Notes under the pieces: model-generated | Told to the model about the DNA's origin: nothing | The model's database searches: none | What the model saw: only the letters and a program-made list of their open reading frames with translations | In this document: one piece after another, positions 10,328-20,510 of the stretch | How positions within the stretch are numbered: the stretch's first letter is position 1 | Layout of the letters: each line of letters starts with the position of its first letter | NCBI GenBank assembly: GCA_019057815.1 | Contig: JAHLWR010000009.1 | Location: 1-64,000 of the forward strand | Source of the DNA: Candidatus Heimdallarchaeota archaeon | Lineage (GTDB): Archaea; Asgardarchaeota; Heimdallarchaeia; Heimdallarchaeales; Heimdallarchaeaceae | Direction of reading: 5' to 3' | Length of the DNA stretch: 64,000 nucleotides | Program-made: the position numbers and the translations under genes

Positions 10328-11098
10328 TTGAATTATACTATGAGTGTCACTAAATCTATTTATCCTTCACATTCAGATCTAGTAAGCAATAAATTCATTT
10401 TAATGTCTTTTATTGTTTCTTGTGTTTCAGCCATCTTCTCTCTAGCTTCCTCAATATTCTTAGTTTCAGTAAATCCTCTGGATCCTATTTTTTGTATTGT
10501 ATTTGAAGAATCTGGAAAAAGATTTGCCATGTCTTTAGCAATTCCTCATTTCTTGAGTTTGTTTTTCCAGATAATTATTCTTACAATCATCTCTATATTT
10601 TGCATTAAATTTTTCATCATATCCAAAAATATCCCAGAGATAAGACAAAAACTGGTTAAAGTGATATTTTCAATAATTCTTTCAATTCTTCTCATAACAA
10701 TCATTTTAGTAATTATCAGTGTTTTAGTTCTTCATTCACTTACTTTTGTTCCTTCGATTCAGTTGAATGATTCTCTTTTTAATAGAATATGGAGTTTAAT
10801 TGATATTCTCGGTGGTTATGTTTTCTTTGCAATTTTACTTAGCATTTTTATAAATTTGATAATCTTTTGCTTAGTAGATTTTCTGAGAAATCAGTCACCT
10901 ACCCCTGAGATGCGATTAATGATTTTCATAGCTATTTTCATATTTATTCTACTACTTCACACTTTGATTTTCAAAGTAATAGAAATAAACATGATGGATA
11001 AAATTAATAATTTTACTAACTATTTCATTCTATTTCTCAGCTTTGGATTGTTAAGCTTTAGTTTTTTTGATTATAATAAATCCAAGAAAATCAAATAA
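10328..11098 (+). CDS. Hypothetical multi-pass membrane protein
   Basis: 256-aa hydrophobic ORF, about 6 TMs, no recognised motif. Confidence 0.65.
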   Translation: MNYTMSVTKSIYPSHSDLVSNKFILMSFIVSCVSAIFSLASSIFLVSVNPLDPIFCIVFEESGKRFAMSLAIPHFLSLFFQIIILTIISIFCIKFFIISKNIPEIRQKLVKVIFSIILSILLITIILVIISVLVLHSLTFVPSIQLNDSLFNRIWSLIDILGGYVFFAILLSIFINLIIFCLVDFLRNQSPTPEMRLMIFIAIFIFILLLHTLIFKVIEINMMDKINNFTNYFILFLSFGLLSFSFFDYNKSKKIK

Positions 11099-11147
11099 TT
11101 GATCAAAAAGAGAGTTAAATTGGTTAGAAATTTAACCTATACTTTTA

Positions 11148-12638
11148 TCAACTGGGAGGTTGATTTTTTATTTCTTTTTCTTGCTCTCTTTCTGGTCCTC
11201 TAAAGTAGGAGAGGACGGTTGCTAATATCGCTATAAATGCAAAAACAGCAAACATTACACGCATTGCAGGGACATAATTGATGGGATTCATTTTCTCTTT
11301 GCCATTAATATTTGAGAAAATACTTAGGTTAATGGAAAAAACAGCTGTTGCAAGAGCTGTACCTAAGGCAAAACCTACGTTAGTCGCCATACTTAGGAAA
11401 CTGTTTGCTACGCCTAATTTCTTTTTAGAAGCAGAAGACATTACTGAATTAGCATTTGGTGCTATAAAGAATCCTAAACCAACTCCAATAACTAGAGCTA
11501 TTACAACAAGTGTCCATAAAGGAACTGTCATAGTGATAAAAATTGCACCTAAAACTAATGATAAGGTGATTCCTCCCATTCCAATAGTTGCAAGATAACG
11601 CGCATCTATGGTATTAGAGAGAATTCCAGAAATTAACCCACCAACAGCTATTGCTATAGGAGCAGCCAATATAATAATACCTGTTTTGATTTGCCCATAA
11701 TCTAACATTTCTTGTAAGAAAAAAGGTAATTGATAAATAATGACACACAAACACAAATAAGCCAAAATTGCTGAAAAGATCCCAACAATAAATCGTCTGT
11801 TTTTCACAAGTTGCAAATCTATAATTGGATTCGCTGAACGTTTTTCTACAAAAAGTAAAACGAAGAACATACAAATACTGCAAGCTAAACTACTAATACC
11901 AAACAATATAGCGTTAGGCATTTCCGGATTCGCAAAGATACTTAGGCTAAATACAAAGAGAAGTAAGAATAGAGCTAAAGATACTGAACCTGGTAAATCT
12001 GCTTTTCTGATTTTTGATTCATTCTGAGTGAATGAAGGAATCGCTATTTGAACCCAAACTAGTCCAATAATTCCAATTGGGACATTAACAAGAAATATGC
12101 TGTTCCATCCAAATTTTTCTGTTAGCACTCCTCCAAGAATAGGACCCAAGGTTACTCCTAAAGCAATAACAAACGCGTTAAGACCTATAGCTGTTCCTCT
12201 GTTCTTGGGCGTAGTTAAGCGCGTTATGATTGCCATGCCATTCGCAATTAATCCTGCCGCACCTATGCCTTGTAATATTCTAGAAAGAATTAGAAGTGTT
12301 AAAGTGTTCGAGAAGAAACACAGCAATGAACCAATAGTGAAAACTAGCATCCCTATTTGGAAAATAAGCTTATTACTAATTCTATCACCAAGATCCCCAG
12401 CAATTGCTGAAAAAGCAATCATAGCCAGTAAATAGGATAAAATGACCCACTGAATTAGATATTGTTCAACCTTAAGCGAATCTTTCATTGTTTTAAGGCT
12501 GATGTTGACAATTGTACCATCAAGCGAAGCTAGAAAAACACCTATTCCTGTTGCACTAATCAAAACGCTAATCCTGATGTTCTTTTGAGTGGGTGATGAA
12601 GTGCCAATAGATGGAGATTCTTTAGAATCCATTGACAT
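11148..12638 (-). CDS. MFS drug-efflux transporter, DHA2 (EmrB/QacA) family
   Basis: 14-TM pattern, LDGTIVNIS, GDLGDRI, RILQGIG, LGPILGG, WNSIFLVNVPIG motifs. Confidence 0.93.
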   Translation of the reverse strand: MSMDSKESPSIGTSSPTQKNIRISVLISATGIGVFLASLDGTIVNISLKTMKDSLKVEQYLIQWVILSYLLAMIAFSAIAGDLGDRISNKLIFQIGMLVFTIGSLLCFFSNTLTLLILSRILQGIGAAGLIANGMAIITRLTTPKNRGTAIGLNAFVIALGVTLGPILGGVLTEKFGWNSIFLVNVPIGIIGLVWVQIAIPSFTQNESKIRKADLPGSVSLALFLLLFVFSLSIFANPEMPNAILFGISSLACSICMFFVLLFVEKRSANPIIDLQLVKNRRFIVGIFSAILAYLCLCVIIYQLPFFLQEMLDYGQIKTGIIILAAPIAIAVGGLISGILSNTIDARYLATIGMGGITLSLVLGAIFITMTVPLWTLVVIALVIGVGLGFFIAPNANSVMSSASKKKLGVANSFLSMATNVGFALGTALATAVFSINLSIFSNINGKEKMNPINYVPAMRVMFAVFAFIAILATVLSYFRGPEREQEKEIKNQPPS

Positions 12639-12756
12639 TGCTATTCATATCTTTCTAATATACTTTCCCCACATTTGTTAAATAAGTACTAGAAAGAGAA
12701 ATTATATATAAAAATAGAAATAAGAAGAAAGGATTTTCTTCCTTTGATTTAATCCT

Positions 12757-12846
12757 TTATTTTCGTTTCCGTTTTATTACTATAGTAGCAACAAAAGGAA
12801 CTGAAAAAACTAAAACAGTAGTAAGGAAAGTAGATCTTGGGACCAT
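12757..12846 (-). pseudogene. Remnant C-terminal membrane anchor of a surface-protein gene
   Basis: Reads ...STFLTTVLVFSVPFVATIVIKRKRK*, same TM + basic tail as neighbouring surface proteins; no intact upstream ORF. Confidence 0.45.
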
Positions 12847-13074
12847 TAGTTTCTATTTCACTTTCATTTTCTGTGTTTTTTCAGATATTTTTGACTGATG
12901 ATTGTTACTCCAACTATTGACAAATATAAGGTTAAACCACTACTTTTCTCTGTTACAACAGATTTTCCTAGAATGAAGGTTAAATAACAAACGAATTCAT
13001 TACCTAAATTCAGTTTATATATTTAAACAAAAAAATTGTTGTTGTAAGTTCCTTTTTTTTCAAAGTTAAATGAG

Positions 13075-13102
13075 TGTAAATTTTCTCCTTTTATAATCTA
13101 GA
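13075..13102 (+). repeat. 28-bp direct repeat, copy 1 (copy 2 at 16595-16622)
   Basis: TGTAAATTTTCTCCTTTTATA(A/C)TCTAGA, 27/28 identical, flanking the 1084-aa gene. Confidence 0.8.
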
Positions 13103-13199
13103 ATGACTGCTCCTACCTAAGAAGGAGCTTCATATTACAAACTTTTTATATTAGAATAAATACCACTTATAATAACATACTCAAAGAGGTTTATTAATA

Positions 13200-16100
13200 A
13201 TGACTCAAAATAAGACAAGGAAATTTCTAACGGTTTTAATTTTAACTACATTTATTATCAGTATTAGTATTAATTATACTTCGCTGATTTCCTCAAATAT
13301 TGAAAATGTACAAACTGAATTGCTTGATTCATTCAAACAAGGAGATGTACAAGCTGAAAATCCTCATATTATGGATCTAATATATACTGTTGGTATTTTA
13401 GACTCGACAGATAGGGGATCATACTTCACTGGTGGAGGTAGCAATGATTTCAATTCGATTAATAATGGTTTAATTAGTAATGGTATAACTACAGCTATTC
13501 TAACAAACGCTGATATTATTGCTGGAGAATTAGCAACAGTAGGATTATTTATTCTAATTGATAATGTTCCAAATGATGATGCTTCTGAAGTTCTTAAAAC
13601 TTGGTGTTTAAATGGAGGAGCAATAATATCTTTCGATAGTAGTATCTGTTTTCTTAATTGGGCAGGTTTGCTACCACAGGAATCTGCTGGGACAAATGGT
13701 TATAATACCTATTGGGACTATGATTCACCGAGTTCAGGAGTTGTTATTGATAACTCACATCCTGTAATGAAAAGCTATTTAATCGATGAAACCATCTATG
13801 GTACTTCTGGTGACGCTCAATATTTTTCATCTTCCTTAGTAGGAACTAGTATTTATCCATATTACACTCCTTTAGTAAAATCATCTGTAGGAAGTGATTA
13901 TGATCTTGTTGTTGCTTTAGACTCACCTTTTAGTGGTAGAGTAGTACAACATTGGGATTCTCATCATTGGACAACCAGCTCTAACCAACAAATGATATTA
14001 GATGCAATAAATTGGACAATTATTGGATCTTCTGGTAGTAACGATATTTTTGTAACATTAGAAGTGCCTTCTCCAATTTACATCGATGAAACCTTTTCAA
14101 TTGATGCTACTATTGGAAATTATGGTGCATATAATGAAACTGATGTTGAGCTTATTTTAGAACTTGATGGTGTTCCAGTATCTGGTACTCCATTAATCAT
14201 TCCAACTCTTAATATTGGTGAAACTTACACTTTTACATATAGTTGGACACCAGTTGTAGTTGGGAATTATAATTTCACAGCTATCGCAACTCCAGTGTTT
14301 AACGAAAGCTACATATCAAATAACTATGTCACTAAGATTATTCCGGTGTTAGATTCCTCAAATTCTCTAGGTTTTGTATACTCTCATGGTGAAAATACTC
14401 TTGATTCTTCTTTGAAGTCTTACTATGAAGGTTTAGGTTATACTGTAACTGATATATATTCAACTCTAACAGAAAGCCTATTAAATAGTTTTAGTCATAT
14501 TTTCATCAGTGAATCTGGTTCTGCTTGGATAGCAAGTGAAATCATTGCATTAGAAAATTATATTATTAGTGGAGGAGTTGTTGTTTCTATTGCAGATAGT
14601 CCTGCTTCTGATGGAATAATACAGATTGCTAGCACGTATGGAATTAATTTCACAGGTCTTTCAACAGGTTCAAGTGGTACTACAAGCGTTTTAGACTTTA
14701 ACCACCCCTTAATGGACGGTGTGACATCTTTATACCTCGATAGTGTATATAACGCTCTAGAACTAGATGGTTCTGCACTACCAATCATATGGGATAGTAC
14801 AGGAACTGGCATTTATGGGGCTATAGCTTCTATTGGAGTAGGATATTTAATTGTCCTATCTGATGATTTTGATGATGTTTTATATGATCAAGATAATGAA
14901 ATATTATTTGCTAACATACTAAATCAAATACACTTTGATCACGATTTAACTGTTAATCTAGACTTGCCAGCAAAGGCCAATATTGGTAAAATGCACACTA
15001 TTACAGCTTCCGTAGAAAACTCAGGAACAAATCCAGAAACTGACGTGAGTATCTATATTTACCTAAATGAATTAATTGTAGCTTCTAATACAGAGGTCTC
15101 TGCTCTTGAGGTTGGTGAGAGTTTAAACATTAGCTACAATTGGGTTCCTTTGACAGAAGGTTCTTACAATTTCACAGCTTATTCTCCTCCAAAAGTAGAT
15201 GAAGGAAATCTTCAGAATAATAAGATAACGAAGATTGTGAATGTAGTTGATATTAGAAACTATCTTGTGGAAGAAACAACATATTCATGGTTTGATGCCT
15301 ATGAAAATGGAGATAATTTATATATATCTGGTGATAACACTTTTGGAGTAATAGATTTACCTTTTGATTTTCCATTCTACGGTGGGATATTTAGTAATAT
15401 TTATGTGAGTTCAAATGGATGGTTATCCTTCTATGATACAAGTCCTGTTGATTCTTCAAACCCAACATTTCCGACAGAATTCTATAATTATGTTGTTTCT
15501 CCATTCTGGTTTGATTTAGAAGCGGATAATAATATTTATGTTTGGAGTTTCTTTGGTTGTGTTGTTATTGAATTCCATGACTTTTATTACGATTATGGAG
15601 CTTCTGCAGGAACATTTGAAGTAATTCTTTTCTCTAATGGAGACATTATTTTCCAATACCAAGATATTTACACTGACGATGGTGTTACTGTTGGATTAAA
15701 CTATGGGTTAGATTTAGAATATTCTACTAGTTACACTGATGGTTTAGAAGGATTAAGTAACCTTGCGTTGAAATTTACTTATGAGGTAGATGATGAAACT
15801 AGTCCAACAATCTCTTCTCCACCCGATGTTGTATATGTTCTAGACGAAACAGGAAATACTATTAGTTGGACAGCAAGTGGTAAGAACTCTAGTGTTTATT
15901 TTATTACTAGAGATGGCGTAGAAATATCCTCTGGAGATTGGGAAAATGGAGTGCCAATCACAATAGATATCGATGATTTAGCTTTAGGAACTTATGTTTA
16001 CAAAATAACGGTGATTGATAGTGAAGGAAATTATAGCACAGATGTTGTAAAAGTGACTGTTATTAATCCTGATTCAACCTCTCCAACCTTAACTAGTCCA

Positions 16101-16454
16101 AGTGATCTTACATACATAGAGGGTGAAATACGTAATACTATTAGTTGGACTGCAAGTGATGCATATCCTAGTACTTATGTTGTCACAAGAGATGGCATAG
16201 AAATATCTTCTGGAAATTGGATCTCAGGTGATTCTATTAGTATTAATGTTGATGGACTTGAATCTGGAACATATATTTTCAAAATCACTGTATATGATCT
16301 ACTAAGAAATTCAAATTCAGATGTTGTAACAGTTACAGTAGAACCTGTTTCCACTGAAACACCTGTATCTACCACTGAAACTGGAGGATTTGTAATGCTT
16401 ATTTCGTTATTGTCATTAATAAGTGTAATTACAATTATGAAAAGGAGAAAATAA
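13200..16454 (+). CDS. Large secreted multidomain surface protein (glutamine-amidotransferase-like folds, two CARDB, nidogen-like, two Ig-like domains, C-terminal anchor)
   Basis: Signal peptide; two CARDB-like repeats (NxGxxxETDV...WxP...GxYNFTA); DLPFDFPFYG..SSNGWLSF; two PTxxSPxD...GNTISW repeats; TM + KRRK. Confidence 0.85.
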   Translation: MTQNKTRKFLTVLILTTFIISISINYTSLISSNIENVQTELLDSFKQGDVQAENPHIMDLIYTVGILDSTDRGSYFTGGGSNDFNSINNGLISNGITTAILTNADIIAGELATVGLFILIDNVPNDDASEVLKTWCLNGGAIISFDSSICFLNWAGLLPQESAGTNGYNTYWDYDSPSSGVVIDNSHPVMKSYLIDETIYGTSGDAQYFSSSLVGTSIYPYYTPLVKSSVGSDYDLVVALDSPFSGRVVQHWDSHHWTTSSNQQMILDAINWTIIGSSGSNDIFVTLEVPSPIYIDETFSIDATIGNYGAYNETDVELILELDGVPVSGTPLIIPTLNIGETYTFTYSWTPVVVGNYNFTAIATPVFNESYISNNYVTKIIPVLDSSNSLGFVYSHGENTLDSSLKSYYEGLGYTVTDIYSTLTESLLNSFSHIFISESGSAWIASEIIALENYIISGGVVVSIADSPASDGIIQIASTYGINFTGLSTGSSGTTSVLDFNHPLMDGVTSLYLDSVYNALELDGSALPIIWDSTGTGIYGAIASIGVGYLIVLSDDFDDVLYDQDNEILFANILNQIHFDHDLTVNLDLPAKANIGKMHTITASVENSGTNPETDVSIYIYLNELIVASNTEVSALEVGESLNISYNWVPLTEGSYNFTAYSPPKVDEGNLQNNKITKIVNVVDIRNYLVEETTYSWFDAYENGDNLYISGDNTFGVIDLPFDFPFYGGIFSNIYVSSNGWLSFYDTSPVDSSNPTFPTEFYNYVVSPFWFDLEADNNIYVWSFFGCVVIEFHDFYYDYGASAGTFEVILFSNGDIIFQYQDIYTDDGVTVGLNYGLDLEYSTSYTDGLEGLSNLALKFTYEVDDETSPTISSPPDVVYVLDETGNTISWTASGKNSSVYFITRDGVEISSGDWENGVPITIDIDDLALGTYVYKITVIDSEGNYSTDVVKVTVINPDSTSPTLTSPSDLTYIEGEIRNTISWTASDAYPSTYVVTRDGIEISSGNWISGDSISINVDGLESGTYIFKITVYDLLRNSNSDVVTVTVEPVSTETPVSTTETGGFVMLISLLSLISVITIMKRRK

Positions 16455-16594
16455 AGCTATAATAAATCAACAAAAACTCTCTCTCTTTCTTTACATTTTC
16501 TCTTTTTCTCTAACATAAGGTTCAAAATCAATAATTAATTCATTTTCATTTCTTAGCAAAAGCATGTTTGTGTCAGTATTCCTTTCGTGAAGAT

Positions 16595-16622
16595 TGTAAA
16601 TTTTCTCCTTTTATACTCTAGA
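16595..16622 (+). repeat. 28-bp direct repeat, copy 2
   Basis: Matches 13075-13102 with one mismatch. Confidence 0.8.
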
Positions 16623-16875
16623 TAAAATTTTCGTGAGCTTTATTTATTCACCATTAACTAACCTTATACATGGAAACCTTATTTGATACCTTCATCTCAA
16701 AAATTAAAGAAAAAAGAGCAAGAGACTTTAAAATTTATCATCTTGGGATTCTTTTATTTCAATAGGTGTTTAAACAAGACAGAAAAACACAAATAAATAC
16801 TGATAATAATCAACGAAAAATAATAAGTATAACTAAAGAAAGGATTAAAATAGATAATATTTTAGCAATTATCAT

Positions 16876-18231
16876 ATGCTTATTCCGGAAATGGGTTTAA
16901 TTATTCTTCAAATAGGCTCAATATTGGTAGTAGGTTTTATAAGCGCATTTCTATTTAAAAAACTAAAAATTCCACAGGTATTAGGTTTTATTATTGTTGG
17001 TATTTTGATAAGCATACCTAATATGTATTGGTTTGAATTTATTTCCTTTGAAGCTATTGACACTCTTATGCCTTTAGTTGTTACCATAGCTCTGGGATTG
17101 ATAGGTTTTAATATAGGAGCTGAGCTCTCATGGGAAAAACTCAAGCAAATAGATAAAAAGATTTTATTCATTCTCTTTTCAGAGAGCATAGGTTCATTTC
17201 TATTAGTCTCACTTCTAGTTGGTTTATTAACAAATCTAGGTTGGAGTTTTGCCTTTATTCTTGGAGCTTTAGCAAGTGCAACAGCTCCTGCAGCTACAGC
17301 AGAAGTCCTGTGGGAGTATAAATCAAAAGGTCCATTAACACAAGCTATTCTCTTCATCTTAGCTATTGATGATATAATAGCAATCATTCTAGTTCAGGTA
17401 ACAACTCAAGTTGCAAAAAGCCAAATACCTGGAGAAACATTCAGTGGATCTTCTATTGTGTTAGATTTTACAAAGGAAGTTCTTTTGGCTATTTTAATAG
17501 GCATTATTGCAGGTATTGCTATCAGTTGGGCTATAAAACGCGTAAAACATCATGGAGAGATTCTAGAAGTTACAATTGGTACTTTGGTTGCTTTAATTGG
17601 TTTTTCTATGTTCATAGGAACATCTGCCATTCTCGTTACCATGTTTTTAGGAATCTTGATAATGTCATTTGCAAAACAAAAGGAAAAAGAAACAAAAATG
17701 ATTTTTCAAGAAATCTCAAAATTGAGCTCTCCTATTATAGCTTTTTTCTTTATCCTAGTAGGATTTAATATGGATTTTAGTTATATCAAGTACATTGGAA
17801 TAATAGGCTCAATATATCTAATAGGACGAGTAGTAGGAAAAATAGGTTTTGCTAACATTACAGCAAGAATCACAAAATTGCCAAAAGAAATTAAAAGCAA
17901 CATAGGTTTTTGTTTATTAACGCAAGGAGGAGTAGCTTTAGGTTTAGCTGTACATATTAACACAGTTTTTCTGGGGACGATTTTCGAAGAGCAAGCAAGG
18001 ATAGTTCTTGCAGTAGTAACTGGAACCATTATAGTAGTTGAAATTGCTGGACCTCTTCTAGTTAAGTGGGCTATTCATAGAGCTGGTGAAGTGGGAGTAG
18101 AAGATCAACAAAACGGAATTCTCACAGGATTAAATGGTGTGGAGAAAACAGATAATAACGAAGTTGATATTGAAAAAGATTCAAATATTAAACAAGAAGA
18201 GAATAATAAAAATGATTCAAAAAGTGGTTAA
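16876..18231 (+). CDS. Cation:proton antiporter (CPA2/KefB-NapA type)
   Basis: 12-13 TMs, ASATAPAAT, ILAIDD, GRVVGK, TQGGVALGLA motifs. Confidence 0.9.
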   Translation: MLIPEMGLIILQIGSILVVGFISAFLFKKLKIPQVLGFIIVGILISIPNMYWFEFISFEAIDTLMPLVVTIALGLIGFNIGAELSWEKLKQIDKKILFILFSESIGSFLLVSLLVGLLTNLGWSFAFILGALASATAPAATAEVLWEYKSKGPLTQAILFILAIDDIIAIILVQVTTQVAKSQIPGETFSGSSIVLDFTKEVLLAILIGIIAGIAISWAIKRVKHHGEILEVTIGTLVALIGFSMFIGTSAILVTMFLGILIMSFAKQKEKETKMIFQEISKLSSPIIAFFFILVGFNMDFSYIKYIGIIGSIYLIGRVVGKIGFANITARITKLPKEIKSNIGFCLLTQGGVALGLAVHINTVFLGTIFEEQARIVLAVVTGTIIVVEIAGPLLVKWAIHRAGEVGVEDQQNGILTGLNGVEKTDNNEVDIEKDSNIKQEENNKNDSKSG

Positions 18232-18286
18232 ATAGAGTAAAAGGTTAACCTTACAAAAAACAATAAGGCGCAATGACACAGTAACT

Positions 18287-19294
18287 TCATAAAGAGTATA
18301 TTTTAACAATTCCAAATTGCTTATTCCAATCATCATCGTTATAAATTCTTAGTGAATAATGTTTTGTTATAACCTTCGTATGAATGAAAAAAACCTGTTT
18401 ACTCAGTTTTTCAGCTAGTTTCACTTCGTCAAAAACACCTCTTCCCACAAAATATCTTCCATCTACTTCTAATGCTGAAAAAACGATTATATCTGCATTG
18501 CGAACGAAATTCTTACATTCATTCATTATCTCTCTTCCTGGCTTATTTTCCCATTCTTTAGTGTATTCAGATGAATTAATAATTGTTGATTTTCCATAAA
18601 TGTTTGTTATTATTTTCAATTCTCTTTTTTCTTGTCTTGTTCCATAGATCTGCATGGAATGGGAATAGTATATCTTTGGAGTGAAATCGTACTCTCCTCT
18701 TATCCATAGTTCTAGAAGTATGCATGAAGCATAAAACGAATCATAGCTTGCTCTATGGAATCCTTTCTCTTCTATCTTTAGAGCCAGTTCTTGATTATTT
18801 TTTAAAATGGTAGATTTTTTGCTTACAATGTTTCTTTTTGCATTGTGTAGACTTACAAGTTTGACCTTATTATCTTTAAAAGAAAGTTTGAGATATTCTG
18901 ACGCTGAGATCATTATACAAGGAGCAAATTTAGTATTGCTTTTTTCTTCATTAATATTCCAAATTTCATGTTTAAGGAATTTCTCAAAATCAAACTTAAT
19001 GTTAAATGAAGTAACGTACCTATTCTGAAGGATTCTTCTGACTTCTAGAACAACAGTTTCAATGTCCTTTTCAGTTTCTTGAATTTTCTGAAGTGTAATA
19101 TCTGTATTTTGAAAAATCCAAGAATTGCGTAAACCCTCGTCCCAACGTTCTACATCGTAGTGAATCAAAGATTGATAGATTAGTTTAATTCTATTATTTT
19201 GCAAGTCAACCTTCATAACTGCAATCTCTACAACATAATCATCAAGATAACCCTTGAGTCCTGTAGTTTCAAGATCAACAACGAAGATTTCCAT
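18287..19294 (-). CDS. DEDDh 3'-5' exonuclease fused to nucleoside 2-deoxyribosyltransferase-like domain
   Basis: VVDLETTG, SFNIKFD, FHRASYD; C-terminal IYYSHS...ADIIVF...GRGVFDEVKLA. Confidence 0.8.
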   Translation of the reverse strand: MEIFVVDLETTGLKGYLDDYVVEIAVMKVDLQNNRIKLIYQSLIHYDVERWDEGLRNSWIFQNTDITLQKIQETEKDIETVVLEVRRILQNRYVTSFNIKFDFEKFLKHEIWNINEEKSNTKFAPCIMISASEYLKLSFKDNKVKLVSLHNAKRNIVSKKSTILKNNQELALKIEEKGFHRASYDSFYASCILLELWIRGEYDFTPKIYYSHSMQIYGTRQEKRELKIITNIYGKSTIINSSEYTKEWENKPGREIMNECKNFVRNADIIVFSALEVDGRYFVGRGVFDEVKLAEKLSKQVFFIHTKVITKHYSLRIYNDDDWNKQFGIVKIYSL

Positions 19295-19542
19295 AGAATC
19301 AAGTACTCTATAGATTGTTGGTATTTAAATTATATCAGTTTGAGAAGATTCCTTTTAAGAATAAAATAAGCATTGACAAATGGTTATAATAATAGAAAAG
19401 CGATAATAGCAGTATAAATAACCTCAAAACAATGGAGAGTAACACCAACCTGAAATAAAAGCTCTTTAATTTTTTTTCACATTTCATGGTTGAAACTTAA
19501 TTAAAGTAGTTTATCAACAATTTTCCTCGTACTTAACTAATT

Positions 19543-19677
19543 TTTTAAATGTCATATTTGTAAATTGCTTTAGTGAATAAAGTGGAAATTAATCGAAGAG
19601 GATACAATAAGATTGCATCTAAGTACAATGAGGAAAGAAATATCTACAACAATTCTAAAGACTTAGATTATTTCCTT
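19543..19677 (+). repeat. 135-bp degenerate duplicate of the methyltransferase 5' region (second copy 20481-20615)
   Basis: Encodes MNKVEINRRGYNKIASKYNEERNIYNNSKDLDYFL versus MNKVEINKRGYNKIASKYNEERSIYNNSKELEYFL, then diverges. Confidence 0.9.
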
Positions 19678-19823
19678 GTAATTATTTTTGGAAAAACACT
19701 TATTTATATTTCATTTTAGTATAAATAAGCATTATCGATATATCACATGAAACAAAAAAAACAAAAGCTTAAAGATAAAAGTTAAAACAATGTTAAAACA
19801 TATTATTATTGGTGAGATAAAAA

Positions 19824-20030
19824 TTGAGTCAGACAAATGAATTTCTTAAAAAAATCTATAAAGTGTTAACAACAGTAAGGGAAGACATGGATGATATAAA
19901 ATCACTGCTTATTCAAGAGGTAGAACCTACAGAAGAAGAAGAAAAGGAGATTTTAGAAGGTTTGAAAGAAATTAAGGATGGAAAAACAGAATTATGGAAC
20001 AGTGTTAAAAAAGAACTCGAATCAAACTGA
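19824..20030 (+). CDS. Putative antitoxin (RelB-like)
   Basis: Small acidic protein (EPTEEEEKEILEGLKEIKDG...WNSVKKEL) upstream of RelE; GGTGA SD. Confidence 0.75.
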   Translation: MSQTNEFLKKIYKVLTTVREDMDDIKSLLIQEVEPTEEEEKEILEGLKEIKDGKTELWNSVKKELESN

Positions 20031-20079
20031 GTCTATAATTGACCTGAGTGTATAAGTTAAATAATAGAGGTATTCTATT

Positions 20080-20343
20080 TTGATAAAAATTAAAATAACT
20101 GAAAAAGCAAAGAGACAAATAAAAAAAATAAATAAAGAAGAATTGAAAATAATTGAAGATTTGCTTGAGTTTCTTGAAATTTCAGCTTTTCCAAGAGGAT
20201 ATGATATAAAAAAGATGAAGAGTTATGAAAAAGAGAATATTTATCGTATAAGATCTGGAAATTATCGTATTTTATATACAGTAGTTTCTAATGAGGAAAT
20301 AGTAATATTGTCAATTGCTCCCAGAAAGTCAGTATATAAATAA
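20080..20343 (+). CDS. relE: RelE/ParE family toxin
   Basis: IKKMK...YRIRSGNYRILY...IAPRKSVYK signature. Confidence 0.9.
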   Translation: MIKIKITEKAKRQIKKINKEELKIIEDLLEFLEISAFPRGYDIKKMKSYEKENIYRIRSGNYRILYTVVSNEEIVILSIAPRKSVYK

Positions 20344-20510
20344 ACTAATGGGATTATTTGAAAAAGATTTTGCTCCATTTTTTATCCTTTTCTCCTATTA
20401 AACAAAACTGAGTTGAAGTATTCTTCAACAAAAATATTCGTTTGTCAAACTATCTTATCACCTTCTCATCTTTAAAAAGATTTTAAATGTCATATTTGTA
20501 AATTGTTTAA

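Noticed and set aside
19373-19390. TTGACA...TATAAT bacterial sigma70 promoter
   Set aside because: Spacer is only 6 bp and the genome is archaeal
19548-19558. ATGTCATAT matching the element right end (also at ~20487)
   Set aside because: Only 9 bp in AT-rich DNA with no other element sequence adjacent
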